From: the human T2T-CHM13v2.0 reference genome, Homo sapiens
Direction: 5' to 3' (one strand)
Length of the DNA stretch: 64,000 nt
NCBI RefSeq assembly: GCF_009914755.1
Contig: NC_060947.1
Positions 1 to 18,711 of this stretch are shown one piece after another (position 1 is the stretch's first letter; each line of letters opens with the position of its first letter). A program made the translations under genes and the position numbers. The notes below the pieces were generated by a model. That model did not search any database, was not told the origin of the DNA, and worked only from the letters and a program-made list of their open reading frames with translations.

Positions 1-353
1 CAAAGCCACCTCATCCAGTGGTCCTACTGCTGGTGGCACATTTAGTTTTACATAGGGCTATTTCTCCCTACCCAGCTTGTAATCAATTTCAGGACAACAG
101 AGAAAAACCACTTTCTTTCCTTTTTGTATTCTTGCTGTATTCCACTGGAATGTCAGTTACATGAAAGCATGGAACTCATCTGTTTTGGTCTTAGCACCTA
201 TACCTTGATCCTGCAGGCACTCCAGAGATATTTGTTGAATTAAATGCATAAATGAATGAAGCTCTTCCTTTTGTCTCAACCCAGTGAAAATCATTTCCTT
301 GGAGCCTACATTTTAAGCTGATTTGTTATTTTATAATTAGATTAATTTCAGCC

Positions 354-763
354 TGCTATTGTTTGAGTGTGTCCCCTTCAAAATTTAAGTGTTGAAACTT
401 AATGGCTGATGTGATGGTATTAAAAGGTGGGACCTTTAAGAGGTCATTAAGCCATGAGAGCTCCTCCCTCAGGAATGGGATTAAGGACCTAATGAAAGAG
501 GCTTTAATCGGTGTTTGGTCACTTGCCCTTTGCCTTCTGCCATGTGCGGATATAACACTCCTCTCCCCTTGTTGCTGGAGGATGCAGCAACAAGGCACCA
601 TCTTGGAAGCAGAGAGCAGAGAGCTGCCCCAACCAGACAACTGAACCTTCTGGTGCCTTAATCTTGGATTTCCCAGGCTCTGGAACTCTGAGAAATAAAT
701 ATATATTCTTTATAAGTCTCAGGTCTCAGTATCTTGTTATAGCAGCATAAATGGACTAAGACA
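354..763 (+). mobile_element. MaLR solo LTR (MST-like)
   Basis: TG…CA termini (tgctattgtttgagtgtgtcccc…aaatggactaagaca), internal AATAAA, 5-bp TSD cagcc/tagcc. Confidence 0.85.
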
Positions 764-1253
764 TAGCCTAAGTTGCCAACTTTCACCAAAATCCGCATTG
801 TAATAAATATACATCTTTCCTAGAAAACAATCTGTGAAAAGATAAACTACTTCCTCTCAGCCTGGATTAAAACTTTTCCGTTGTATAGAAACAAATAATT
901 GTAATCTGACTTTTGAAATTGGATTACAAAATAAAAGGTGTTGGAACTGATGTAAGAGGCCATCTGCTCTGGAACAACCATAACAGGATTCCATTTGTAA
1001 ATCCCACTAAGGAATAAGCAGTTTCATCCATAGAACACAAATTTCCAGGATTCTCCATGTCCTTCTCTCCCTGGTATCCTTCTGATTACAAAAAAATCCA
1101 TCAGCCAATCTATTTTAGCCCATTCCTTTCTCACAGTCACAGAGGGTTTCTCAGTGAGCAGGAGTTAAAACCCCTGAGAAGAAATACATTAGTTGAAGAG
1201 AGGTGTAGGCATAGATAATAAAGGTTGCCATTACAATCCTAAACAATCCAGAA

Positions 1254-1939
<686 letters not shown>

Positions 1940-2399
1940 GTGTCACTGTCTTAAGACACATAAACCCCCGTTTTGACTGCTTTGAGCTTCCTTTCCTGCT
2001 TTTGCCTATAGGGGGAGTCAGTACGTAATGAAAAGACAGAAACTTGGAACCTGTCTTTTAACTATCCCATAAACTATCCCAAAAATCAGATCACTAAAAG
2101 TTCTTGACCCGAAAATTCTGCACCACCATGTGCTCTTGAGGAATGTTTAGTAACGGATTGAAAGCATAACTAGGAGTTCTCACTGGCCAATTCTTAGTAA
2201 TGTGAGCACCAATATTATTAAAGACAGTAATGAATTATAAACCACTGAAAACTTGGGAGCCATAAGTCCACAGTGATACCAAATAGATAAATAAATGAGA
2301 GAGAAGGGAGGGCCTTTGCAGGGAGGGGCTTTGCTTTCAGTCGAATACCATGTGCTGACTGGTAAATATGGAGGGAGTGCTGGAGTTGGAAAATCATCA

Positions 2400-2930
2400 T
2401 TTTATATAGATCGGTCCAGGCAAACATTATCAACAGATGCTCAATCCAAGGAGAAATTTTTGATGAGTAAGATATTTCCAGGAACTTAACAGTTTCTCTC
2501 CACAGATTGTTTATTAGTAGCAATAAAAAAAAACAGTAATTATATCCTGGAGAAATTGGGCAACACCTTGACCCAAAATGAGAACATCCTATTTTTAAAA
2601 TAGGACTTCAAAAATATCAATGTCATGAAAGACAAAGAAGGGCTATTCCAAACGAAAGGAGAGTAAAAAGACAGGGCACAATGCATAAACGTAGACTAGA
2701 TCCTGTACTGCGAGAAAAAAAATGCTATAAAGGATATTATTTGATAGATTAGTGTTAGAATGTGAAATTTACCCAAGTTGATAACTGTCTGCAGTTATGT
2801 AAGAAAATATTATCTGTATATATGGGGCACATACATATATATGGGGCACAAAAATGATAAAGCAATAGGGCAAAATGTTATCAACTGGTGAATTTGGGTC
2901 AAGAGTATGTGAGTATACGTTGTACTATTC
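2400..2930 (+). mobile_element. Degraded old L1 (L1M-type) 3' region
   Basis: A-rich, with motifs such as aatgtcatgaaagacaaagaa, ctagatcctgtact and ggcaaaatgttatcaactggtgaatttggg. Confidence 0.6.
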
Positions 2931-2949
2931 TTTTTTTTTTTTTTTTTGA

Positions 2950-3054
<105 letters not shown>

Positions 3055-3161
3055 TGAGTAGCTGAGATTATAGGCATGTGCCTGGCTAATTTTGTATTTT
3101 CAGTAGAGACAGGGTTTCTCCATGTTGGTCAGGCTGATCTCGAACTCCTGACCTCAGGTGA

Positions 3162-3317
<156 letters not shown>

Positions 3318-3723
3318 TGAGAGGCCAAGGTGGGCAGATCACGAGGTCAAGAGACCAAGACCATCCTGGCCAACAAGGTGAAACCCGTCTCTACTAAAAA
3401 TACAAAAATTAGCCGGGCGTGTTGGCGCTTGCCTGTAGTCCCGGCTACTTGGGAGGCTGAGACAGAAGAATCACTTGAACCTGAGAGGCGGAGGCTGCAG
3501 TGAGAGATCGTGCCACTGCACTCCATCCTGGGCGACACACCGTGACTCCATCTCAAAAAAAAAAAAAGTGCAATAGCTCCTGACATTGGTGAAGAATATA
3601 AATCTAGTGCAGTGGCACAATCTCTACTCACTTGCAGCCTCTGCCTCCCGGGTTCAAGCAATTCTCCTACCTCAGCCTCCCAAGTAGCCAGGACTACAGG
3701 CATATGCCACCACACCTGGCTGA

Positions 3724-3870
<147 letters not shown>

Positions 3871-4024
3871 TAATCACTTATCTTGAGGTTGCACTTTACT
3901 GGGACCTCTGGAGAGCTTATAAATGATGCCCCTACTCTTATGAAGCTTAACATCTCTTGAGGAGGGAAGTCCCCCAAATAAGAAGCAGAGAAGATTATAT
4001 AAGTTCAAGTAGGGGCCGGACTCA

Positions 4025-4346
<322 letters not shown>

Positions 4347-4815
4347 TCAGGATAGGTGGATGAGATCAAGAAAGTCTTTAAAGTAGGACCTGAGCCTTGA
4401 AGGTAGGATTTAAATCAGTAGATGATATTTCAGACAGAGTCAACGAACAGTTTGTGTAACTCAGGGAGAGGTTTGTGCAGAGACAGAATAGACTGGACAG
4501 AGAACAAATATTGGGAAGTGTTGAAAAACGTGGTTGAGTAGATACAAGGGGCCAGTCTGCAAGTTCCCCAAGGGCAGCATCTAACTAGATCTCATGCAAA
4601 GGATTTAATTAAGCCCGGGAGCAGTGGCTCACCCCTGTAATCCCAGCACTTTGGGAGGCCGAGGTGGGAGGATCACTTGAGGTCAGGGGTTAGAGAGTAG
4701 CCTGGCCAAGATGGCAAAATCCGTCTCTACTAATAATACAAAAATTAGCCAGGCGTGGTGGCGGGCCAGGGACTACAGGCCCACGACACCAGGCTAGTTT
4801 TGGTTACGTTTCTTA

Positions 4816-5109
<294 letters not shown>

Positions 5110-5129
5110 TCAAAAAAAAAAAAAAAATC

Positions 5130-5650
5130 AAAAGAATAATTCAGGATATGTGAAATTCAAATCATATGTCCATAAGTGAAGTTTTATTGAGCACAGCCAT
5201 GCTCAACCTCTTACATATTATCTACGGCTGCTTTTGTGCTGTAGTAACAGTTGAATAGTTGCAGAGATCACATGGCCTGCAAAGCCTAAAATATTTATCA
5301 GCTGGCGCTTTACAGAAAAAGTTTGCAGCTGGGTGCGGTGGCTCACGCCTATAATCCCAGCTCTTTGGGAGGCCGAAGTGGAAGGCTCGCTTGAGCCCAG
5401 GAGTTTAAGACCACACTGAGCAACAGCCAGACCCCAGTCTCTACCCTCCTCCAAAAAAAATTAAAAACAATCTGGGCATGGTGGCACGAGCCTATAGTCC
5501 CAGATACTCAGGAGGCTGAGGTGGGAGGATCACCTGAGCCCAGGATTTTGAGGCTGCAGTGAGCTGTGATCGCACCACTGCACTCCAGCCTGAGCAACAC
5601 AGTGAGATCCAGTCTCAAGAAAAAAAAAAAAAAAGTTTGCTCACTCCTGA
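5130..5650. mobile_element. MER58-like hAT-Charlie relic interrupted by an Alu
   Basis: gttttattgagcacagccatgctc…tttacagaaaaagtttgc[Alu]aaaaagtttgctcactcctg. Confidence 0.7.
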
Positions 5651-5656
5651 CCTAAA

Positions 5657-5872
5657 GCAATGGTTGTCCACATGGGGCGATTGTGCACAGGGAACATTTT
5701 GGCAATGCCTGGAAACATTTCTGGTGGTCACAACTGTGGAGGGTAGGGAGGGCATCCTACTGATATCTAGTTAGTAGAGGCCAGGGATAGTGCTAAATAT
5801 TCTTTAACGCACATGACAGCCCTCCAGATGTCTGGTCCCAAATGTCCATAGTACTGTGGTTGAGAAACTCTG
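5657..5872. mobile_element. MER20-like hAT-Charlie element
   Basis: caatggttgtccac…gggacatttggcaatg-like…gtagaggccagggatagtgctaaatat…ggttgagaaactctg. Confidence 0.8.
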
Positions 5873-5893
5873 GATTATAGGACTCTAAGGTGA

Positions 5894-6235
<342 letters not shown>

Positions 6236-6274
6236 TAACAAGGGAGCCCACTGACTGAACGCCCAGGTCTTTAA

Positions 6275-6541
<267 letters not shown>

Positions 6542-6688
6542 TAGTGGAGACGGGGTTTCTCCATGTTGGTCAGGCTGGTCTCAAACTCCCGACCCCAGGT
6601 GATCTGCCCACCTTGCTTACAGCTCACAAGTCTGTAGGGCTCCAGGGCTTGTAATTTTCCATAACACCTCAGTGCCTGCCTCTGCTCG

Positions 6689-6713
6689 GTGACGTCACAA
6701 ACGTCACAGACGT
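6689..6713. promoter_or_regulatory. CRE/ATF site cluster
   Basis: Perfect palindrome GTGACGTCAC (6689-6698), ACGTCA half site (6701-6706) and GACGT (6709-6713). Confidence 0.5.
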
Positions 6714-7449
6714 ATTGTCTCACTCGGCTGTCTCCTAGTGTGTGAGCTGCGCAGAGCCAGGCCTATATACATGGATATTTTCTGAAGCCTCCAGGCCTCT
6801 GTAAGGAAAGGATGCATGCCCTGATGTCTGCACCCTGGCCCTTAGGAAAACAAAGTTGAAGAAAATTCGTTTTCCTAAGGGCCACCAGAGTTCTTTAAAG
6901 TGACGACTCTCTCTCTTGCCTACTTTAATGCTTGGGAGGATGGGAGGCTCCGCTCTCTAGTAGACCCAGGACACAAAATACTCCTTAGTATCTATAGAAT
7001 GCTTTTTGAGTCATAAAGAATAGTCATATCCATGAATTTTGGGGGATGCTCACATCACAGGATTAAATGAGAGAAGACACGTGGCATAGAGTTCTTTTCC
7101 TGCCAGAATTAAAACTCACCTGAATCTTGTTCCGTAGGCTCTGGCGCTCCACATTCTCCATCTAATATACTAAATGATAATCAGCTCAACTTAGTTGAAT
7201 CCATGCTAATAAAGAAAAAGTGGAGGACTTCCTGCCCACCTCCACCCCAGGTGTTGGGAATTTCAGGCCCAGCTGGAATAAAGTTGGAGGGGGCGGGCAC
7301 GGGGGATGGCAACCCATCTAGGAAGATTTCATAGGCTGGTGGTGCCTCCCTGAGCCCTTCAAACCACCCACTCAGAAGGCAGCCACCCACTCCTCAGGCA
7401 AACCGTGGTGGGCCGCATCACCCAGTGACTTAAGATCAGATCACACAGC

Positions 7450-8460
7450 CATTTAGCATTTCTTTGAATTTTATTGAAAATTGACATGGACATTAGAAAG
7501 GTATCAGGCTAAACAGTGCTGGTTCTGGGATGTTTCTCCTGGAGAATGAAAGCCCCAGAGGGGCAATGACTGGTCACACCTTTGAGCAAAAAGAACAAAG
7601 GAGAAGAAAGGAAAAACACACACAGATTCTGGAAAACATGCAAAGAGGCTCTCTCAAGAGACACTGAACAGCAGAATGGTGGTGATGGTGGTAGGGGATA
7701 TATGAGAATGAGCACACTCACATGGTATTTTGATGCAAGTTAAACCAATGAATTCAAGGCAGATTTACCAACATCAAAGCTCTCCCTCCAGATCCCAGGT
7801 TGAGCAGAAACCTCTCTCAAAACCCTAACTGGTCTCGGAAGGTGGAATGGAGTAATTTTGCCCTCACTAAGCTTAAACCCCCTCCCTTCTCTACCTAAGT
7901 GTTAGATAGTGGATACATTTTCCCCCTTTGCTGGAATCTATAGAAGGTCTGCGAATGCTGAAGAAGATACAAATGTCACTTGACTTTCTCTTGCATATTC
8001 AGAAATGTTTAACAGTGGCTGTAGACAGTCAACCCATCGAACCAGAGAAATGTTTAAAAGAAAAACATAAAACTCAAACAAAACCTTGTGAACAGAACAG
8101 TACTTTCATACCCACAGCTGAGGTGTCCTGCCCCAGTCACTTACACTTGGGTGAGTGGTCCTGTAGTTGTTTCTCTGAGGTTACATTTCGTCCATTTTCC
8201 AGCTCTGATGGTTCTTTTCCTGCCTTGTTAGTTAGGACAAGACACTTCCATTTAAAATACCATGTGAGTCAGGAAGAGAGCTTCTTGCCTGGACACAGGG
8301 ACACATGAACACTTGTTGAGTGGTGTGGTGTATGTGTGTGTGCTTGCAGTTTGAGGGGAGAGGAAATTGGTTGATTTCTGATTTGAGACAATATGGAACC
8401 CTAACTCTTCTATAATGGCAGTCTTCTCCTTTAGACTTAGTGCAGCTGCTGAAGACAAGA
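7450..8460 (-). other. SEPTIN6: 3' UTR of the distal (NFF*) terminal exon
   Basis: Runs from the TAA at 8461 to AATAAA at 7470-7475; cleavage estimated about 20 nt downstream. Confidence 0.75.
7470..7475 (-). terminator. Distal poly(A) signal AATAAA
   Basis: Minus-strand AATAAA followed by ggctgtgtgatctgatct. Confidence 0.8.
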
Positions 8461-8470
8461 TTAAAAAAAG
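8461..8470 (-). CDS. SEPTIN6: Distal alternative terminal exon start giving …KEKKNFF*
   Basis: long pyrimidine tract ttttctttctctttctctctcctttccag|C TTT TTT TAA. Confidence 0.85.
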
Positions 8471-8687
8471 CTGGAAAGGAGAGAGAAAGAGAAAGAAAAC
8501 ATGAAATTAGCCAAAGAAAGAGGACATTCAAAGTAAGACAGGGGGAGGGGAATGGGCAATATTGAGGTAGCACAGATTGTAGTGTGAGAAGACAGGTTAG
8601 AAATGGGGGTCATTGCTGGGCCATCACCACGGGGAAATCTGCTGAGAAGGTTTTAAGAACACCACACACCAGTTTAAAGCTTCTTGT

Positions 8688-8693
8688 TTTAAT
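8688..8693 (-). terminator. Proximal poly(A) signal ATTAAA
   Basis: Minus-strand ATTAAA followed about 22 nt later by GU-rich ctggtgtgtggtgttctt. Confidence 0.75.
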
Positions 8694-8818
8694 TAAAAAC
8701 AAGCACATATTAACAGCCACATGTGAATGCCAAATGATTAAAACAAAAAAACAAAAACAAGAGCCATCTACACTGCAGCTAGGGAAAGCAAACTTCTTGG
8801 CTTAAGAGAAGTGAGGGA

Positions 8819-8825
8819 TGTGTGT

Positions 8826-8865
<40 letters not shown>
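8819..8865. repeat. (TG)n microsatellite, (CA)n in the mRNA 3' UTR
   Basis: About 23 dinucleotide units with one interruption. Confidence 0.97.
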
Positions 8866-8867
<2 letters not shown>

Positions 8868-9659
8868 CAGAAAAGCCACTCCAGTCTGGGAAAATAAAAG
8901 CACAGACCATTTCTAATGACTGGTTTTGTTTCACCAGAAGTAAACAGAGTACTTAGGGTATTTTTTTTTTAAATAGTAACAGTTGTACTAATTTAAAAGC
9001 CTTTTCATTGAAGAAGGAAAAAATCTGTCTACAGTGAGAAAAGCTACCCAATGAAATACACATTTTAATAGGTTGATCAACTTTTTAATTTATGTTCACT
9101 CATGGGTTCGATTTTTGTTCACCAAACTTCCCTGATTATAAGGGTCACCTAGGGCACCTGTTACACACAGTCTCCTGGACCCCGTTCCAGCCTTGCAGCA
9201 TCACTGGGTCATTGGGTTAAGGAGCTGGCCCGGCATGCCTTCGTTTTGCCAGCCCTCACCCAATCCATCTTCAGATGTTTTTCTGTGGAAAAAAACCTCG
9301 AGGGTCTTCTAATACTAACTAGTCAGTTACTCTGAACATCAAAAGACCTCGTATCCAGGAATGTAACGTATATAAACAGATTGAATCCCTTTGTGAAACT
9401 GATTGGGAGTCAGGAGGCATGAAAATTAGTCTGGCTTCTGCCTCGAAACAGAAGTGGGACCTCGGTCAAGTCCCTTCCCTTCTCCGGGCCTTCATTTCCC
9501 CTTACGGAGTAAGTAGGTTATATCGTCTTACTGACTAAAATGTCTCCCTTAATATAAAACTCCTCCTTAGTTTCTGAAGGTCTCTCCAAGGCTGTGTGGG
9601 TCTAATACTTTTGAATTATTCAGAGCTTCTCAAGCCTTAACTAGTTAATCTGTACACAA

Positions 9660-9763
9660 ATGCAAATGAGGGCGCCTCCGGTTTGTAATGCAAATAATTA
9701 CCAGGCGGCGGTGTGGGGAAGTGGTGGTTACCGGTTGGTTGTTTAAGCGTGAATTTCTGGGAA
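9660..9763. promoter_or_regulatory. Candidate enhancer: two octamers, SOX-OCT composite, ETS and STAT motifs
   Basis: ATGCAAAT at 9660-9667 and 9688-9695, GGGGAAGT at about 9715, TTCTGGGAA at 9755-9763, several retained CpGs. Confidence 0.45.
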
Positions 9764-10479
9764 AGCAGCTCTGAAGCTGGACATAGAATCATCAAAGTTG
9801 CAAATATGAAGCCTTTCCCAAGGAGACCTGACAGGCCTAACTCAGCATCTCTCTGAGCTACTGGCTGAGTATCTGAGCAGATTTTTTTTTTTTTTTTTTT
9901 TTGGTCGTTGGTTTGTTTCTACCTCCAAGCATATGGTCTTCAAAAAAATACTCCACTGTAACTTGAATTTTCCCAAGAAACTGGCTTGTGCTTTGGCAGC
10001 ATCACCTTCATACTTGCTCTGGTCACTCACCAATCAATAGAGCACCAAACCTACACAGCAAACCTACATTCTTGCTTTGTCAACAAGAAAAGTGCGTGCA
10101 TATGTTTGCTTTTCATTTTTTTCTTTTTGCTTCCTATTATGATCTATAATTGAAGTGAGAAATCCCCTTCCCCTTCTCAATACTTCAAAAAGGCCTGGAA
10201 ATTTGGCATAACCTTGTTTGACTGTGTGCTTTGAAAGTAAGTGATCAAAAAAAGAAACTCTAAAAAAAAAATAGAAGTAGGTGGTCATGGTCAGTGCCAG
10301 TGGGGCTGGGAGGCAGGAGCAAGTTGCGGAACTCAAAAAGAAGAAGTGAGCTTGAAGTACATGGCAGGATAGGGGTGGGGGGCCTCGCTGCCTGGCACCC
10401 CAAAGGAAAGCTGTCAGTTAAAATAGGAACCTCGGCTTAAAAGGCTAAATGGAGTCCAGTCCAGCTGTAGCGGGGAATA

Positions 10480-10504
10480 CTATTCAGTACACAGCCATGG
10501 ATTA
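10480..10504 (-). CDS. SEPTIN6: Alternative terminal exon start giving …KEKKNNPWLCTE*
   Basis: ctctgcccttcctttgcag|T AAT CCA TGG CTG TGT ACT GAA TAG; matches the recalled C-terminus of the long SEPT6 isoform. Confidence 0.9.
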
Positions 10505-11753
10505 CTGCAAAGGAAGGGCAGAGAGACGGCATGTTAGCCACAGATCATTGCCAGGTCAACTCCATCTCTCACACTGTCACTGGCCAAACACCAAAGGCCA
10601 CTGTGCCTCATAACCCTGACAAGGGAGGGCTCTCTACTTCACAGAGGTTCCCAAAGCCACTATCAGATGGGACCCATGATAAAAACTTAGGGCTGGAATA
10701 TTTTTAAACTCTCAACTCCTTAAATTGGAAAGAAAGTTAAGGGCCTTTTCTTCTCTCCGGCCGAGTCTCATCTCTTCTTATTGGGGGATGCATGCAAAAT
10801 GCATGTTAAAAATCATCATGACATTCACCAAATGAACTAGAAGACTCATCAGAGCAAACCCCCAAACACTTGATTCTTTTGACAGCTCAGTTTTCCAGCC
10901 TACAAAGTGGGATTTATTATTCCTGCTACTGGCCTCACCTTATTGGGACAGTATGGAGCCCTTCCGGAAATTACCCCCCGAGATGCTGAAATACCTCACA
11001 AGAAGAATTCGGTAAGGCTATCATTCAAGACTCTAGGCTGGTAATAATATTCAGGTTTATTCTCCCTTTTGCATCTGTGGGATACCCAGAGTTAGAGAGA
11101 GGGGAAACGTCTGCTATTTTCTTCAGCAGTTGTGTTTTATGGGAAGGGCTTGGTGTAAATAAATGCGTTGCCGATTTTGAGCACAGCTTGAGTGCAGTTA
11201 CTTCGAGTGAATGAAAACTGGAAAGGGCTGGACTCAAAGGTTAGAAGGAAAAGGCGCCAAAGGCTGTCCTTTTGAAACCCTCTAAGAAATGGCTGTGGCT
11301 CCTGAGGATGAGGGTGGGGTGGACCAGGGAGGACTAGTGACTGGGATACAGGAGACCAAGGGGACAGCTGTGCTGATCGGTGGTTACCCAGCCATGGTGG
11401 TTGCAAATACCTCAGGGAAACTAACAGCAACCAGAACTGGAACAGGGGAGCTGGTGGGAAAGAGTAGCAGATGGGCCCCCTGACCATGTCACACCTCTGG
11501 CAAAGATGTGGGGGAAGACAGGGGGGATGGCTGGGGGTGCTGGGAGGGGGACTGGGATGCAGGATGCATCTGCGAGCCACATGACTGTTGGCTTCTTGAC
11601 CAGCGGCCAGACATCACCCTCAGATTCTCAGGTTTCTATAAACCTTGGCAGGAAGAGAGGAGAGGGCGCGGGTTGGATTGTATGCCCCCCAGGCATGTTA
11701 AGGGGGAAATTAGAGAAAGGGAGGCCCAGCTCTGTTGCGCAGGAAAAGGGTGT

Positions 11754-11769
11754 CTACAGGAAGCCCAAA
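11754..11769 (-). CDS. SEPTIN6: Alternative terminal exon start; gives …KEKKNLGFL* if joined directly to exon 9, otherwise 3' UTR
   Basis: cattaactcagcttctcttttcattttcag|T TTG GGC TTC CTG TAG; branch-like motif and strong pyrimidine tract. Confidence 0.8.
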
Positions 11770-11874
11770 CTGAAAATGAAAAGAGAAGCTGAGTTAATGA
11801 ATGGATAGATTAATGTACCAAAAAAAAAAAAAGTCAGAAGAAAATTAAGTAATGAGGACTAATGGCTAAATTAG

Positions 11875-13662
<1,788 letters not shown>

Positions 13663-14989
13663 TTCCATTTACTCATCTTGCAAACTGGGGATTATTCCTT
13701 CTCTACCTCACAGACCTGTTGTAAGTATAAAATGAGATACTATACAAAAGACAAAAACAAAAACAAAACAACAACAACAAAAAAAAAACACTTTGGAAAG
13801 TAATAAAAGCTATACAAATGCTCATATCTTATTTTTATTCTTTGTCTACTTCCTAGGGGAAGAGTAATCTAAAAAACACTGCAATGGCCTATGTTCTAGG
13901 TTTCATGGGAAGGCTGACGTATTTTGATGTGTGTATACTATCCATATACTGTGCACTCCTAAGGACCAATAATGATTGAGGTAGAGTATCTGCAACGATG
14001 TAGGGGGTCACAAAGGAATCGCTTTTACAAATGCAGAGAGCTATAAGTAGTGCCTCAAGCAATTTCAAAATGTGGAGGCACAGTAAGCCTCACTCTGCCT
14101 GCATTCTAGGTGGCCTTCGTGATCCACCCCTTGAATGAGGGCTTTGAGGAGGGGGCGGGTTGCCTTTGCTGCTTTCAGATCCTGGGGAGCCAAAGCCTCC
14201 CCTGACTCGTTGGTCTGAAATTGCTTTCGTGGTCTGCCAGGGAGAAGCCTGCCAGGAAGAGCCAACCTACTTGGGGTTGGGGTTGGCTGTTCCAGCTGTT
14301 TACCAATTGCCTCTCACTTGTAAAGTGTAGCTTTAATTATAGTTTTGCCAGAATTCATTTTAGGAATGGCCACTAACAATGATTTACTTGGGGAAACCTG
14401 TAAGCAACTGTGTCAAGCCACGTGCAGTGAAACCTGAATTAACTGAAATCTCATTAACTAGAATACATATTTCCTGCTCACCTCATTAAAAATGGGAGAA
14501 CAAAGAACATAACACATGAACTGAGTTCCTATTACATGTCAGACACTTCACTACGCACTGGAACTACATACAGTGCAAAGAATGGACAGGCATTCTAGGA
14601 ACTGACTGTCTTCCTAAATGGAAATCTGCTGTTTAATTCCAGTCAACTAGCAGGGGCTCCAAGACTTGCTGTTAAGCCAGACAGTAAATCAAGTCACTGT
14701 TCTTTTAAGATTGTTTCCTTTGGCCCGGTTTCATGGGCCTTATGTTGCAGAAACCTCTATGGACTTCCTCTTCAGGATTTGCTTCCAAGCAGGATGTTTT
14801 GCCAGCTGCCCCGAGTCCCCAGTGCAATAGCTGCGGCAATCAGTTTGGTGACTAACAGCAGGCTCTCCATTTAAATCATAAACTACATGGGTGAGTGGGG
14901 AAAAGTCTTCTCTATATTTTATATTCCCTGATCCAAACAAACCAAATGTAAAAGGGCATTTATGAGACAACCGGGATGTTTCAAACACT

Positions 14990-15270
14990 GACTAGACATT
15001 TCATGTTAATGAATTATTGTTCATTTTGTAGGTGTGATAATGGTGGGGTTGTGGTTATGTTTTTTTAAAGAATCATTATCTCTTGGAAATATATACTAAA
15101 GTATTTACAGATAAAATGATATAGTTTTGCTTTATAATAATTCAGCAGGTCTGTAGTAATTGATGAAACAAGATTAGGCATATGTTTATGGTTGCCTGGG
15201 GGCTGAACTGTATTATCCTCTTATTTTGCTCATGTTTGAAAGTTTCCACGGTAAAGTTTAAAAAAAATAA
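14990..15270 (+). mobile_element. Old L1 (L1ME-like) 3' end
   Basis: ggtgtgataatggt…gtatttacagataaaatgat…gatgaaacaagattaggca…tgtttgaaagtttccacggtaaag. Confidence 0.65.
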
Positions 15271-15282
15271 TAATAACCCTTC

Positions 15283-18711
<3,429 letters not shown>

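Larger units (their letters stand above)
8670..11753 (-). other. SEPTIN6: Long 3' UTR of the proximal terminal exon
   Basis: Alu-free unique sequence from the 11769 acceptor to ATTAAA plus a GU-rich element; cleavage position estimated. Confidence 0.75.

Noticed and set aside
10414-10444. Further possible acceptor ctccatttag|C giving NLLSRGSYFN*
   Set aside because: Short pyrimidine tract and a much stronger acceptor 60 nt upstream; unsupported without RNA data.
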